Origin: Schmidtea polychroa | Taxonomy: Eukaryota | Length of the DNA stretch: 64,000 nt | Direction: 5' to 3' | NCBI GenBank assembly: GCA_044892525.1 | Contig: CM097885.1 | Location: 16,308,001-16,372,000, forward strand | Shown: positions 1 through 10,100 of the stretch, one piece after another | Numbering within the stretch: the stretch's first letter is position 1 | Layout: each line of letters begins with the position of its first letter | Program-made: the position numbers and the translations under genes | The notes under the pieces: model-generated | What the model saw: the letters and a program-made list of their open reading frames with translations, nothing else | What the model was told of the DNA's origin: nothing | The model's database searches: none

Positions 1-1
1 A

Positions 2-1273
2 AAAACAACATCTTCAATATTAAAACCTTTTACTACAGAAAAATATCCAGGTGAAAGACATTTATTTAAACACAACTATACTGGACCAGGAACACGTCTA
101 GATATTAGATTAGATGAAAATAATAATCCCAAACAAGGAGAAGAACCAATAAATAGAATTCATCAAGCAGCTTTAAAACATGATATTGCTTACAATTCAG
201 AAGATCTTAAAGATAGACATGTTGCAGATGTGAATTTAATACATGATTTAAATAGTATCCAAAATCCATCAACCCAAGAAAAGATTCAAAGAGCTCTAGT
301 TAAATTAGCAATGAAAGGTAAGATTTTCATAGGCTTAGGACACAGTCCGATCACCATGGGTGCAAGACTTCCTAGGAAAGCAAAAGATGTTGCTTATAAA
401 AAGATTATCGAACAAGCAGAGATTGAAAGATCCCTCGAGAGTACAGCCAAGACTAGTTTACAAACCCCAACAGAATCAGAAATAAAATATGCAAAGGAAT
501 TACACCATGAATTTAGAAAAAATAAAAAATATTTAAAAGTTCAAGTACATGAAAAAGATCAAACATGGTCTGCAGATTTAGTCTTTATGCCCAAATCATC
601 AGACCCTGAAAAATATAAAATAATTTTAACTGTAATAGATTTATATACGAGATTTGCTTTTGCAAGATGTTTAGAAAATAAAACAGGATATTCTATTACA
701 GAAGCATTTGAAAATATATTTGAAGAAAATCAAAGAATCCCAAAATATTTATGGTGTGATAAAGGAACAGAATTTTATAACAAAGTTTTTACAAAGTTTT
801 TAAATGAAAATGATATTAAATTATATTCAACAGAAAACGAAGGAAAAGCAGTCGTAGTTGAAAGATTAAATAGAACATTAAAAAATAAAATGTGGAAATA
901 TTTTACTGCTATTGGAAAACAAAAATGGAACAATGAATTGTTACAAAAGATTGTAAATGAATATAATAATGATGTACATAGTTCTATAAAATTAACACCT
1001 TTAAATGCTTCCATGAAGCCTGAAACCATTAAAGTGGTAAATATTGAAAATGATGTTATTGAAAAACCAAAGTTTAAAATTGGTGACCGAGTAAGAATAT
1101 TTAAATATAAAAATAAATTTGAAAAAGGATTCACAGCAAAATGGACAAATGAAATTTTTATTATAAATAAAATACATTATACAACTCCAATAACATATAG
1201 CATCTTTGATTTAAATAATGAAAAAATATTAGGTAGATTTTATAATAATGAACTACAGAAAACAGATTTTTAA
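2..1273 (+). CDS. Parvovirus-type phospholipase A2 domain fused in frame to a retroviral-like (rve) integrase; 5'-partial
   Basis: Frame open from base 2: HNYTGPGT...INRIHQAALKHDIAY...RHVAD (PLA2 Ca loop, HD dyad), then integrase D-D-E motifs WSADL, LWCDKGTEF, VVERLNRTLK. No chromodomain. Confidence 0.92.
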   Translation, partial: KTTSSILKPFTTEKYPGERHLFKHNYTGPGTRLDIRLDENNNPKQGEEPINRIHQAALKHDIAYNSEDLKDRHVADVNLIHDLNSIQNPSTQEKIQRALVKLAMKGKIFIGLGHSPITMGARLPRKAKDVAYKKIIEQAEIERSLESTAKTSLQTPTESEIKYAKELHHEFRKNKKYLKVQVHEKDQTWSADLVFMPKSSDPEKYKIILTVIDLYTRFAFARCLENKTGYSITEAFENIFEENQRIPKYLWCDKGTEFYNKVFTKFLNENDIKLYSTENEGKAVVVERLNRTLKNKMWKYFTAIGKQKWNNELLQKIVNEYNNDVHSSIKLTPLNASMKPETIKVVNIENDVIEKPKFKIGDRVRIFKYKNKFEKGFTAKWTNEIFIINKIHYTTPITYSIFDLNNEKILGRFYNNELQKTDF

Positions 1274-1284
1274 GTCGACAAGCC

Positions 1285-2076
1285 CTAAAACAAACTTTTC
1301 CATATTTCAGCTTCTTCTCTATCCAAATAAATATAATTATATTTTTCTTTCCAATGATTATCAACAAACATATCAAACATATTCTTATCAGGTTCAACAT
1401 TTGAAAATAAATCATTATAAATCATATTCTTATCACGGCGATCTAATTTAAAAAATATAAAACAATTGGAATTATTTCTTATTGAATTTTTATCTAAAGC
1501 ATAATATGTTTGAGATATATAAATAACATTACAATTATTATGTCGACCTCGTGTAAAGTAACTCTTTTGAATCTCTTGATTTTTCATATTAACAACATCA
1601 TCAAATATAACTAGATTCTTTTTATCTTTAGGAAGTAAATCACAATGTAAAACATCTTCAGGTTTGTTAGAGAATAAAACTTGAATTGCCTCCTGCCCTT
1701 CTTCACAAATATAATCATTTTTATTACTAATATCTGATTCTAAAATCTTTTCCTTATACCAATCAACCATATCACAAGGTTGAAAAACTTCTTCAGGACA
1801 CCTATGTTGATTTTTAAAAATATCAATTATTGCTTTTTTAGTTAATTTATTTTCAAATCCACATTTCAAAAGTTGTAATTCTGGTTGATTTATGGTTGTA
1901 GAATAAAAGATTAAATTATTATAATCTAAAAAATCATCTTCAAGTAACATTCTCAAAACAAGTACATTCTTTCCACATCCAGAAGAACCAACAATTAATA
2001 ATCTAAAATTATCAGGAAATACTTTATTATTAAATTTACTCTTATGTCTATTTAAAATTGGTTTCCAAATATCCAT
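1285..2076 (-). CDS. A32/FtsK-like DNA packaging ATPase
   Basis: Walker A GSSGCGKN (N replaces the usual S/T), Walker B LVIFDD, RGRHNN and ISQ motifs; likely start MDIWKP at 2076. Confidence 0.93.
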   Translation of the reverse strand: MDIWKPILNRHKSKFNNKVFPDNFRLLIVGSSGCGKNVLVLRMLLEDDFLDYNNLIFYSTTINQPELQLLKCGFENKLTKKAIIDIFKNQHRCPEEVFQPCDMVDWYKEKILESDISNKNDYICEEGQEAIQVLFSNKPEDVLHCDLLPKDKKNLVIFDDVVNMKNQEIQKSYFTRGRHNNCNVIYISQTYYALDKNSIRNNSNCFIFFKLDRRDKNMIYNDLFSNVEPDKNMFDMFVDNHWKEKYNYIYLDREEAEIWKSLF

Positions 2077-2091
2077 TTTGTTTATTATAAA

Positions 2092-2670
2092 ATGACAACT
2101 GAAGAATCTTTGCAAGAATTAATAAATTCAAATAAAAATAAATCAGTAGTAATTGATGGTAAAAAATATTTTATTGGAAAACATGTAAAAGAACAAGTTA
2201 GAGCGAAGCTCCACGAAGCTAAAGAAGGTGGCATTCTTCCATTAGCTGCTTTAATACCTGCAATCATTGCTGGTTTATCAGGTGCTGCTGGAATAGCTGG
2301 AGGAATTGCAACTACAGTTCAAAAAGCTAAAGAATCTCAAAAGACAGACCTAGAAAAAGAAAAACTACAAACTGAAATCGATTCAATGAAGAAGGTAGGG
2401 CAAGCTAAAGGGGGAGTGTCCGTTGGAAAGGGTCTCTATCTTAATCCATATGAGGGGAGTCGGCAAAAGTCTCAGGGCAAAGGTCTCTATCTTGATCCTT
2501 ATAAAGGTCGTGGTTTAAATGATTTTTTAAAAAATCAAATTTCTACATCTGAATCTTTATCTTCAAAAGATAAAGAAGATTTAAAAAAAATATGTAAATC
2601 TTTAAAGAATGGATGCCTTTGTAAAACTAAAAATGGTAAAGGATTATACTTGAAGCCCTTCGAACTATGA
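2092..2670 (+). CDS. Putative virion core/membrane-active precursor protein
   Basis: EGG followed by a hydrophobic Gly/Ala-rich helix (ILPLAALIPAIIAGLSGAAGIAGG) and three GKGLYL repeats. Confidence 0.7.
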   Translation: MTTEESLQELINSNKNKSVVIDGKKYFIGKHVKEQVRAKLHEAKEGGILPLAALIPAIIAGLSGAAGIAGGIATTVQKAKESQKTDLEKEKLQTEIDSMKKVGQAKGGVSVGKGLYLNPYEGSRQKSQGKGLYLDPYKGRGLNDFLKNQISTSESLSSKDKEDLKKICKSLKNGCLCKTKNGKGLYLKPFEL

Positions 2671-2692
2671 TACCATTTTTGATACCATTAAA

Positions 2693-3586
2693 ATGGTATA
2701 TGAAGAAAGATTAGCACTTTTAAAAAAATTACAATCAGAACAAGATAAATATAATAAAAAAGATACAACTCAACATGCTGAATCTATAATATTAAATGAG
2801 GTAATAACACAACAACAGGGGCCAACAATTAAAGCTATAAAAGAGTTGGAAGATTTCAATGAGCAAGCAAAATTTAAAGAGTTAGAAGATAAAAAACAAA
2901 AAATAAAAGAACTAGAGTGGCAGGATAAAGAAAAAGAATCCAGTGAAAACCATCCTGAAAGTCATTCTGAAAGAAATCAAAGAAAACGCAGAAGAATTTC
3001 TAATGTGGAAGAAGAAGAAATGTTTTTAAAAACAAAACCTCTTAAAGTTGATCCTAAAATTAGAGATGATTTACCTCCTTCAATTAGACCCACATTTAAT
3101 ACTAATACTGAAGGATATCAAATAATAACAATTAATAAACAAAACTTTACTTTATATTCAAATTCAGAAAATAAATCACGTATTCATTCACAAAATGTTT
3201 ATAATAATGAATATTTAGACTTTGAATTTACAGATGATTTTTATAGATTACTTTGTGGATATTCTTCAGATGATGTTGAAGAAATTAAAAAATATTTAAA
3301 TTTAATAAGATTAATAAGAGCTAGTTCTAAAGCAAAATATATTCAAGATTTAAAGAATTATTTAAATAAAAATGAAAAGGGTTATGTTGTTACAGAGGGA
3401 GAGGGATTAATTAGTGAAGGTGGTAAACCAAATCCCATCAATCTTTTTATTGAAATAAGAAAACTATTAGCTGCAAGGAAAGCAGGACATAATAATTTAG
3501 ATTCTGATATTTTAAAGATTTCTAAAGATTTGTTAAAACAAGGAATAATTTCAAAAGATAAATTTAATAAGTATACGAAGTTATAA
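2693..3586 (+). CDS. Conserved Polinton protein of unknown function
   Basis: 297-aa ORF: N-terminal coiled coil, basic RKRRR patch, C-terminal LLAARKAGHNN...LLKQGII motif that I recognise from Polinton ORFs. Confidence 0.65.
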   Translation: MVYEERLALLKKLQSEQDKYNKKDTTQHAESIILNEVITQQQGPTIKAIKELEDFNEQAKFKELEDKKQKIKELEWQDKEKESSENHPESHSERNQRKRRRISNVEEEEMFLKTKPLKVDPKIRDDLPPSIRPTFNTNTEGYQIITINKQNFTLYSNSENKSRIHSQNVYNNEYLDFEFTDDFYRLLCGYSSDDVEEIKKYLNLIRLIRASSKAKYIQDLKNYLNKNEKGYVVTEGEGLISEGGKPNPINLFIEIRKLLAARKAGHNNLDSDILKISKDLLKQGIISKDKFNKYTKL

Positions 3587-3608
3587 ATACGAAGTTTCAA
3601 AATACAAA

Positions 3609-4073
3609 ATGACTCCTTCAATATTAGATTTTTTAAAAACATTTGGAATAAATGCAAAAACAAATTTTGATTTAAAAGATTATGCAAATTATTTAAATTT
3701 AAAAATTAAAATATTAATGAATGATGAATTATCAAGTCTGGAGAGTCCCCTGAATATAATAATCAATTATCAAAATTCAAATGAAAAAGGATCTCATTGG
3801 GTTTGTATATATAAGAAATCTATCTACTTTGATTCTTTTGGGATTAAACCTACTAAAGAAGTTGAAGATTATCTCTTGAGGGGTTCTCCGATTGATTCCC
3901 CAAATGGTTATACTTTTAACTCTTTACAAGTTCAACCTTTGAATACTAAAATATGTGGTATTTTAAGTTTATATGTTTTGTATAGATTGAATAAGGGAGA
4001 GGGAAAGGGGCATACGCAGGATTTTGAATCTATAATTCAAGAAATTTATAATGATCTAGAATCTCTACTATAA
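3609..4073 (+). CDS. Adenain-like cysteine (maturation) protease
   Basis: GSHWV (His), YFDSFG (Asp), QVQ...ICG (Gln/Cys). Confidence 0.93.
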   Translation: MTPSILDFLKTFGINAKTNFDLKDYANYLNLKIKILMNDELSSLESPLNIIINYQNSNEKGSHWVCIYKKSIYFDSFGIKPTKEVEDYLLRGSPIDSPNGYTFNSLQVQPLNTKICGILSLYVLYRLNKGEGKGHTQDFESIIQEIYNDLESLL

Positions 4074-4121
4074 GGATTTTTACTATAAGGATTTTTACTA
4101 TATGAATTTACTACTAAAGAA

Positions 4122-4886
4122 ATGGAGCTTCACAGCCCTCCGGAAGATAATTTAAAAAAAATGGTAAACATAATGTCAGATAAATATTCAAGAACTTTAT
4201 CTATAAATTCAAAAGAATCAGACTTTACTATAAACTTTCAAGATTCAATTAAATTAGATCAAAATTTAAATTATGAATTGGGGCTATTATGGTTTTGTGC
4301 TTATAATACTATTTTTAATATAACTAAAGATAATAATAAATTTACTATTCAAACTCGTGATGGGCATAAACCAGAAATTATAACAATAGAACCTGGGGCA
4401 TATGAGATAAAAGATTTAAATGATATACTTTCTAAAAAAACAAATGAAGGTATTAAAATTAAAATGGATATACCAACTTCAAAATGTGTAATGACTTTGA
4501 AGAATATAAAAATTAGTTTTTTAGATAATTGTTTCTTTCACACAGTTTTAGGATTTAAACCTATGGATATAACAATAAAAGAAGATAAAATAATAACATC
4601 AGAACATATTATAAAAATAATAAATACAAACACAATAAATATTCATTGCGATTGTATAACAGGTTCTTATAATAATGGTAAACAAACAAATGTTTTATAT
4701 TCCTTTCCCTCAAACACAGTTCCTATGGGATATAAAATAGTTGAAAGAATGAATCCTCCAAATTATTTACCTTTATGTAGAAAATATATAATGGATATTA
4801 ATTTTAAAATTCTTAATCAAGAAGGAGAATTGATTGATTTTAATGGAGAAGAGATTTCAATGTATTTACATTTGAAACAGGTTTGA
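4122..4886 (+). CDS. Minor capsid protein (penton)
   Basis: INIHCDCITGSY...NVLYSF and NQEGELIDFNGEEISMYLHLK, typical of the Polinton penton C-terminus. Confidence 0.85.
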   Translation: MELHSPPEDNLKKMVNIMSDKYSRTLSINSKESDFTINFQDSIKLDQNLNYELGLLWFCAYNTIFNITKDNNKFTIQTRDGHKPEIITIEPGAYEIKDLNDILSKKTNEGIKIKMDIPTSKCVMTLKNIKISFLDNCFFHTVLGFKPMDITIKEDKIITSEHIIKIINTNTINIHCDCITGSYNNGKQTNVLYSFPSNTVPMGYKIVERMNPPNYLPLCRKYIMDINFKILNQEGELIDFNGEEISMYLHLKQV

Positions 4887-4910
4887 AGATTCATTTTAAA
4901 TTATTAATAA

Positions 4911-5920
4911 ATGAGTTCTTATATTCCTTGTAATAGAGGTGGTGGAACAATAAAAACAGGGTTTAATACAGAAGAAATATTAACTTTAACAGAAAATAAA
5001 TATATTAATGAAAGAGGTGATTCAATGAAAGGAGATTTAAATTTAAATGGACACAAGATAAAAGATTTATCTTTACCAACTGATGAAGCTGATGCAGTTA
5101 ATAAGAAATATGTTGATGGTGTTAAAAATTATACTGATTTAACAACAACAAGAATTGAAAGTTCATTAACAACAAAAATGGATTCAATGGAATCAAAGCT
5201 TAATAATATCGAACAACGATTTAATGATAAATTTGACAAGTTACAAAGTCTGTTAACTGAACAAGTTGTAAAGTTAAATACTAATATATTAAATTCTAAA
5301 GATAAACAAATTATGAATACTAAATTTAATACAATATATAAAATAATAAATGAGATGATTACATCATTTAATAAAAGAATTTCAAATTTAGAGTCTCATG
5401 GAACACACATTAACACCACACATAGTATTAGAAAAAGAGCTGCTGAATTAGAACAGAATAAAACATTATTACCCCATACATATAAACATTTTATAGAACC
5501 AAGTTTAATAACAACAAACAGTAAAGAATGGGGTGTTTTTATGGTTGTAAAAATTATTGATCCTTATTTCTTTTTGTTTGATGATGATAATGAAAGAATG
5601 AAATGGTTTGTGAAATGTGATTATAATAGTAAGCTTGAAAAGGGTGATGTTATAATGACTAGTTATGATTTACCACACGGAGATTGGTATGTTAATACTC
5701 ATTCACATGGACTACATAAAGTTAAAAGTAAGAATATTTATTTTTCTAGTTCACTTGTACAATATATAGATTTAATATTTTATGAAAAAAGGTTGATGTT
5801 GATGAAGTTCGTAAAGCATTGAGAGAATTGTATAAAGATATCCTCTCAACAAGAGTTCCTTTTGATATCCGAGTATTGGTGCCAGATGGTGCTCAGAAGA
5901 ATAAAGTCTTATTTTTTTAA
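4911..5920 (+). CDS. Fibre-like protein; probable 1-nt frameshift at A-run 5785-5790 (ORF track ends at 5822)
   Basis: GDSMKGDLNLNGHKIKDLSLPTDEADAVNKKYVD fibre-neck-like motif, coiled coil, beta-rich C-terminus. Adding one A extends the frame to TAA 5918-5920, 8 nt before the next ATG. Confidence 0.6.
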
Positions 5921-5928
5921 TTATTAAA

Positions 5929-6525
5929 ATGGAAGAAGTAAGAGAAGAAAAAATTTACCCAGAATTGAGATCATCAGGATATTATTCTTCCAAGGCCTCG
6001 GCTCCCACAGAACTTGAAATTATGAGAGTAAAAGAATTTAAATCAGAAACCTTACATTTACAAGATTTATTAAAGCATTATAAAAAAATTAAAAATAGAT
6101 GGAATAAAGGGAATACAGTTTTAAAAGTTATAGGTTATTCTTTAGGATTTGCATCTGCAATATTAACAGTTATTTTACCCATAACTTTACCAGTTGTTAC
6201 TCTTGCACCTGTAATACTTGGAAGTATTTCTGTGGCTGATGGTTTCTTAACTGAAATAGTTTCATTATCTTATACTTCTAAAAAGAAAAGTTTATATAGA
6301 GAAGTTTGTTTATCAATAGAATTAGGAATCTCTAAATTATTTTTATTTCAATTAAAAGCTTTGGAAGATGGAATCCTGACAGACGAAGAAATAATGAAAT
6401 CAAATCAAATAATACAAGATATAAAGAATGAGGTTATAAGATTAAAAAGGGAGGGCATGGTGGCTAATGTTATAAGTAATAAAAAAACATCTCGAGAAAA
6501 ATGGTTAAAGAATTCTTACTTATAA
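5929..6525 (+). CDS. Putative membrane-active hydrophobic-hairpin protein of Polintons
   Basis: Two adjacent hydrophobic helices (VIGYSLGFASAILTVILPITLPVVTLAPVILGSISV) followed by KALEDGILTDEE. Confidence 0.6.
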   Translation: MEEVREEKIYPELRSSGYYSSKASAPTELEIMRVKEFKSETLHLQDLLKHYKKIKNRWNKGNTVLKVIGYSLGFASAILTVILPITLPVVTLAPVILGSISVADGFLTEIVSLSYTSKKKSLYREVCLSIELGISKLFLFQLKALEDGILTDEEIMKSNQIIQDIKNEVIRLKREGMVANVISNKKTSREKWLKNSYL

Positions 6526-6619
6526 AATGGGTGTATTTTTAAAAAAGTAGATCAGGTTGCTATAGTTGCTTAAATTAATTGTCGACATTTTATTATTAAA
6601 AAATTAAATATCGTTGGTT

Positions 6620-7174
6620 TCAGTTATGGTTGAAAGCCAACCTATGAATCATTAATTTATGATCTTTAAATTCTTTATCACTTAGACCTTTTATATATTC
6701 AGGATCAGTATTAAAATATTTAAGTTCTAAACATATAGGATTAAAAACTTGTGAATATAAAGGTTTCTCGATTTCTCTCTCGGGATAAATAATTTCAACA
6801 TTATAAATATCAAGATCAGTAATCTTTGTATCATATAACTTATTCAACTTTTCTAGATTTTTTATTATAGGGATTAAATTATTTCCAATAGGTAGAGTTG
6901 TCTTTAAATCACTTAGTATGAATCTCTTATCATCATAATTTGATAATGATACTTTTTGAGATTCTATCAAGTGAATATCATGGTTTTCACTTTTAAGTTG
7001 ATGTATTTCATCAATTTTATCTTTATGATTTGGGTTTAATGTATCTATATAATCTTGATGAGAAAGATTCTTTGCGACCACTCTCTGTATTCCTTTACAT
7101 CTGTTATCCTTTAAATTAGTAATATTTTTTATAATTTCAAAAATGTTATTTTCTTGATTTTTAGTTTCCATCAT
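6620..7174 (-). CDS. Stand-alone paralogue of the pPolB C-terminal ~150 aa
   Basis: Aligns without gaps to the end of the adjacent pPolB (KGIQ...NYDDKRFILSDLKTTLPIGN...ELKYFNTDPEYI); about 60% identity by manual count. Confidence 0.9.
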   Translation of the reverse strand: MMETKNQENNIFEIIKNITNLKDNRCKGIQRVVAKNLSHQDYIDTLNPNHKDKIDEIHQLKSENHDIHLIESQKVSLSNYDDKRFILSDLKTTLPIGNNLIPIIKNLEKLNKLYDTKITDLDIYNVEIIYPEREIEKPLYSQVFNPICLELKYFNTDPEYIKGLSDKEFKDHKLMIHRLAFNHN

Positions 7175-7198
7175 TTTATAGTGTTAAAATTCTAATTC

Positions 7199-10100
7199 TT
7201 AGACCAGTCGTAATTGATTTATAATTATTTCTGCAGTAATGCTTTTTAACATTAATTTATGTGATTTAAAGTCTTCTGGTGTTAGTCCTTGGATATATTC
7301 AGGATCAGTATTAAAATATTTAAGTTCTATAGGTTTTATATTTTGAACTTGATTATATAAAGGTTTAGGAATTAATATTTCAGGATATTGGATTTCTACT
7401 TTAGCAAGTTGAAGGTCTGTAATCTCTAGGTTATAAATTTCATTTATTTTATCAAGATTTTTTATTATAGGGATTAAATCATTTCCAATAGGTAATGTTG
7501 TCTTCAAGTCAGAAAGTATAAATCTTTTATCATCATAATTTGTTATAGCAATCTTGTTACACTCTTCAAGATATATATTATGTTTCTCTGATTTAAGATG
7601 ATGGGTTTTAGCAATTTTATTTTTATAATTTATATTTAATGAATCTTTATACTCTTGATGTGTGAAGGTTTTCGACACTGATTTTTGAATTCCTTTACTT
7701 TTATTTTCTTTATAGCTTTTCGGGTTTTCAGGGAATGAAGGATATTCAAATGTTCGATCTACTTCAACAGATCCTTCTATTATAAATTTTATTGTATGCT
7801 CTTTCATAATTGGTTTGTCTTTCATTTCAAGAGAATATTGTTTAGGTCTAATAAACACTCCTCCAGTTATTGGAGTATTTGGTTTTTCATCTTTAAAAGT
7901 AAACAACTCTCCAGAATTGTTTATTAATTTATTTAAGGTTGGATCTTCACGTATTTCTTTTTTTAAATCTTTGCTATATCCTTTTAAAAACATACTATCA
8001 GTGTCCATTGCATGCATGGATATTCGATCTCCAAAATGTGGTACTAGAACATCATAGTAGGCTTCATACATTTGAAGCTTTGAAAGTTCTAAAATTGAAA
8101 ACCCTATAAAGATTGGTTTATTATAAGTTTTTACAGAGTTTTTAATCTCTATGGCTATAAGGTTACTAGAGAATATCTCGGCATTTTTAAATGTGGGCTT
8201 TCCAATTATCCGGTTGTACCTATTAAGGTCTTTGGATGTATTGGTCAAAAGCTCTACACGTGTGTACTTGTCTATATTCTCCATGGTCTTTCCAAAGACC
8301 GCATTGTTCAGGAGTTTGTAAATCATATCAAGAAATGCATTTCCAGCTCTCTTTGCTGCATTTCTTTTCAAAATATTTCCCTCTATGAATTTTTTCATAA
8401 AAGGGGCTTGTCGAAATTTAATAATGGAATGTACTTTTTTTAAAACCATTCCATGGGAGAGATAAAACTGAAGGAGTCTATAATGACAAAGGTAATCAGT
8501 TTTATCGGTCTGATCGCATAAAAGTTTTATACAGGGCGATCTATCCTGAGCCATCTGCCAGTCTGAAAGTTCTTCAGTCGAGATCTTTCTTCTTACTGGA
8601 GCAAATGGAAAGAATCTTGTCCTGGATTTTATTTCATTGGGATATTCAAGATCGCATTCTATGACATATCCATATTGTGAATTCTTTGGTGTTTTTAGAA
8701 TTTCTTGTATTAATTCCTCAGTGGGCTCTTCCCAGGTGAACTTGCCAATTGGAAGGTATTGAGTCATTACTCCTGCATATAAAGCTGTTGCATCTATATA
8801 CATTATTTCAGAAGGATTAGAAAGACCTTCCAGTATTTCCTCACGATCTTCTGGGTTTGTTATTTCTACATATAGAGCATCAGTATCTTTGAAAAATTTA
8901 GGATAAAGAGTTGTAAAATTATTAGCATTTATTTCTCTATTCCCTTGTACTGAAGAAATACCTCCTCTAATATTATGTTTATATACATTAAACATATCAA
9001 GGTCAACTAATAATTCAATGGTTTTATTTCTTTCTGCTATGTCTTCATCGGTCCATATGCTATATAATAATATATCCCAAGCTAGAGAGGGAGCGGTTAT
9101 ATAATTATAAGGTTTTAATTCAAAAGCTTTTGAAAATGTCTCGAAGCAATCAGCTAAGATATAAACATCTAAGGAAAGATACATGTCAGTATATTCTCCA
9201 AGGTTTCTACAGTTGAAAAGATTCCACATTTTAAGTGCACGGGAATATTCCTGATCAGAAATCCCTGATTGTGTTAAAACAGAAAAGAAATCTTCTTGAG
9301 CTGGGAGTAATTCATTATATTTTTCAAAGGAGTCTATATAATCATATGGATAGATTCCTTTTGCTAGACAGGTATTATATTCCTCTAATGGAATATTGTT
9401 TTTTAATAACACATGTTCTTTTGTATATTTAAAATCCTCAGGGTTCATAGTTTTTGCAATGCCATCCAAAGACATCCCTAAGAAATTTAAGGAGTCCAAA
9501 AACTTAAAGCATCCATATTGAATGCTTTTATATTTTTCTTTTGTAAGTCCAATAACCTTGAAAGAGTTTTTAGCATTTGCAGCTAGATGTTTAATGAACA
9601 GGTGAATATCATAGCCAAAAAGATTGTGAAATATAAATGGTATGTGTGTTGGTTTTTTACAATTGAGATTACAATTTTTATGGGCCGCTCCTCTGTAATT
9701 ATTTTCTATTTTAAAATGATCATGGTCAGGAACCTTTAGTTCACTAGTTGACTCCTCATCCTCAAACTCTTGTTTGCACATCCAGCAGTGTGTTGCATTT
9801 TTATATTCTTCCTCTTGTTCTTCTGAAAAATTCATAGGAAAGTTGGATTTTAATATTATATATAATTCATGTTCTAGATTATTTAAAGTTTCAACAAAAT
9901 GGTCTAGAGTCTCTTTGTCAGAAGTTCCCCTAAATGAATATTCTCTAGATTCTACAAGTTCTGGATAATTACTTTTGAAAAACATTTTATAAGCAGAGGG
10001 TAATTGTTTTGTTAGTTTTACAGTATTAGTTTTTGTTCGTCTTAGTTTTACATTTATAGCTTCAAAATCACAATAAACCACTCCCAATGCTTCTAATAGA

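Noticed and set aside
775..1134. Antisense and alternate-frame ORFs over long genes (e.g. 775-1134, 3382-3687, 13792-14118, 37795-38232, 39460-40008, 40989-41372)
   Set aside because: Shadow frames of well-supported genes, with no motifs of their own.
2085..5935. Poxvirus-like TAAATG late promoters before Polinton A genes
   Set aside because: AAAATG also precedes the host TRAF start codon, so it cannot be told apart from the AT-rich Kozak context.
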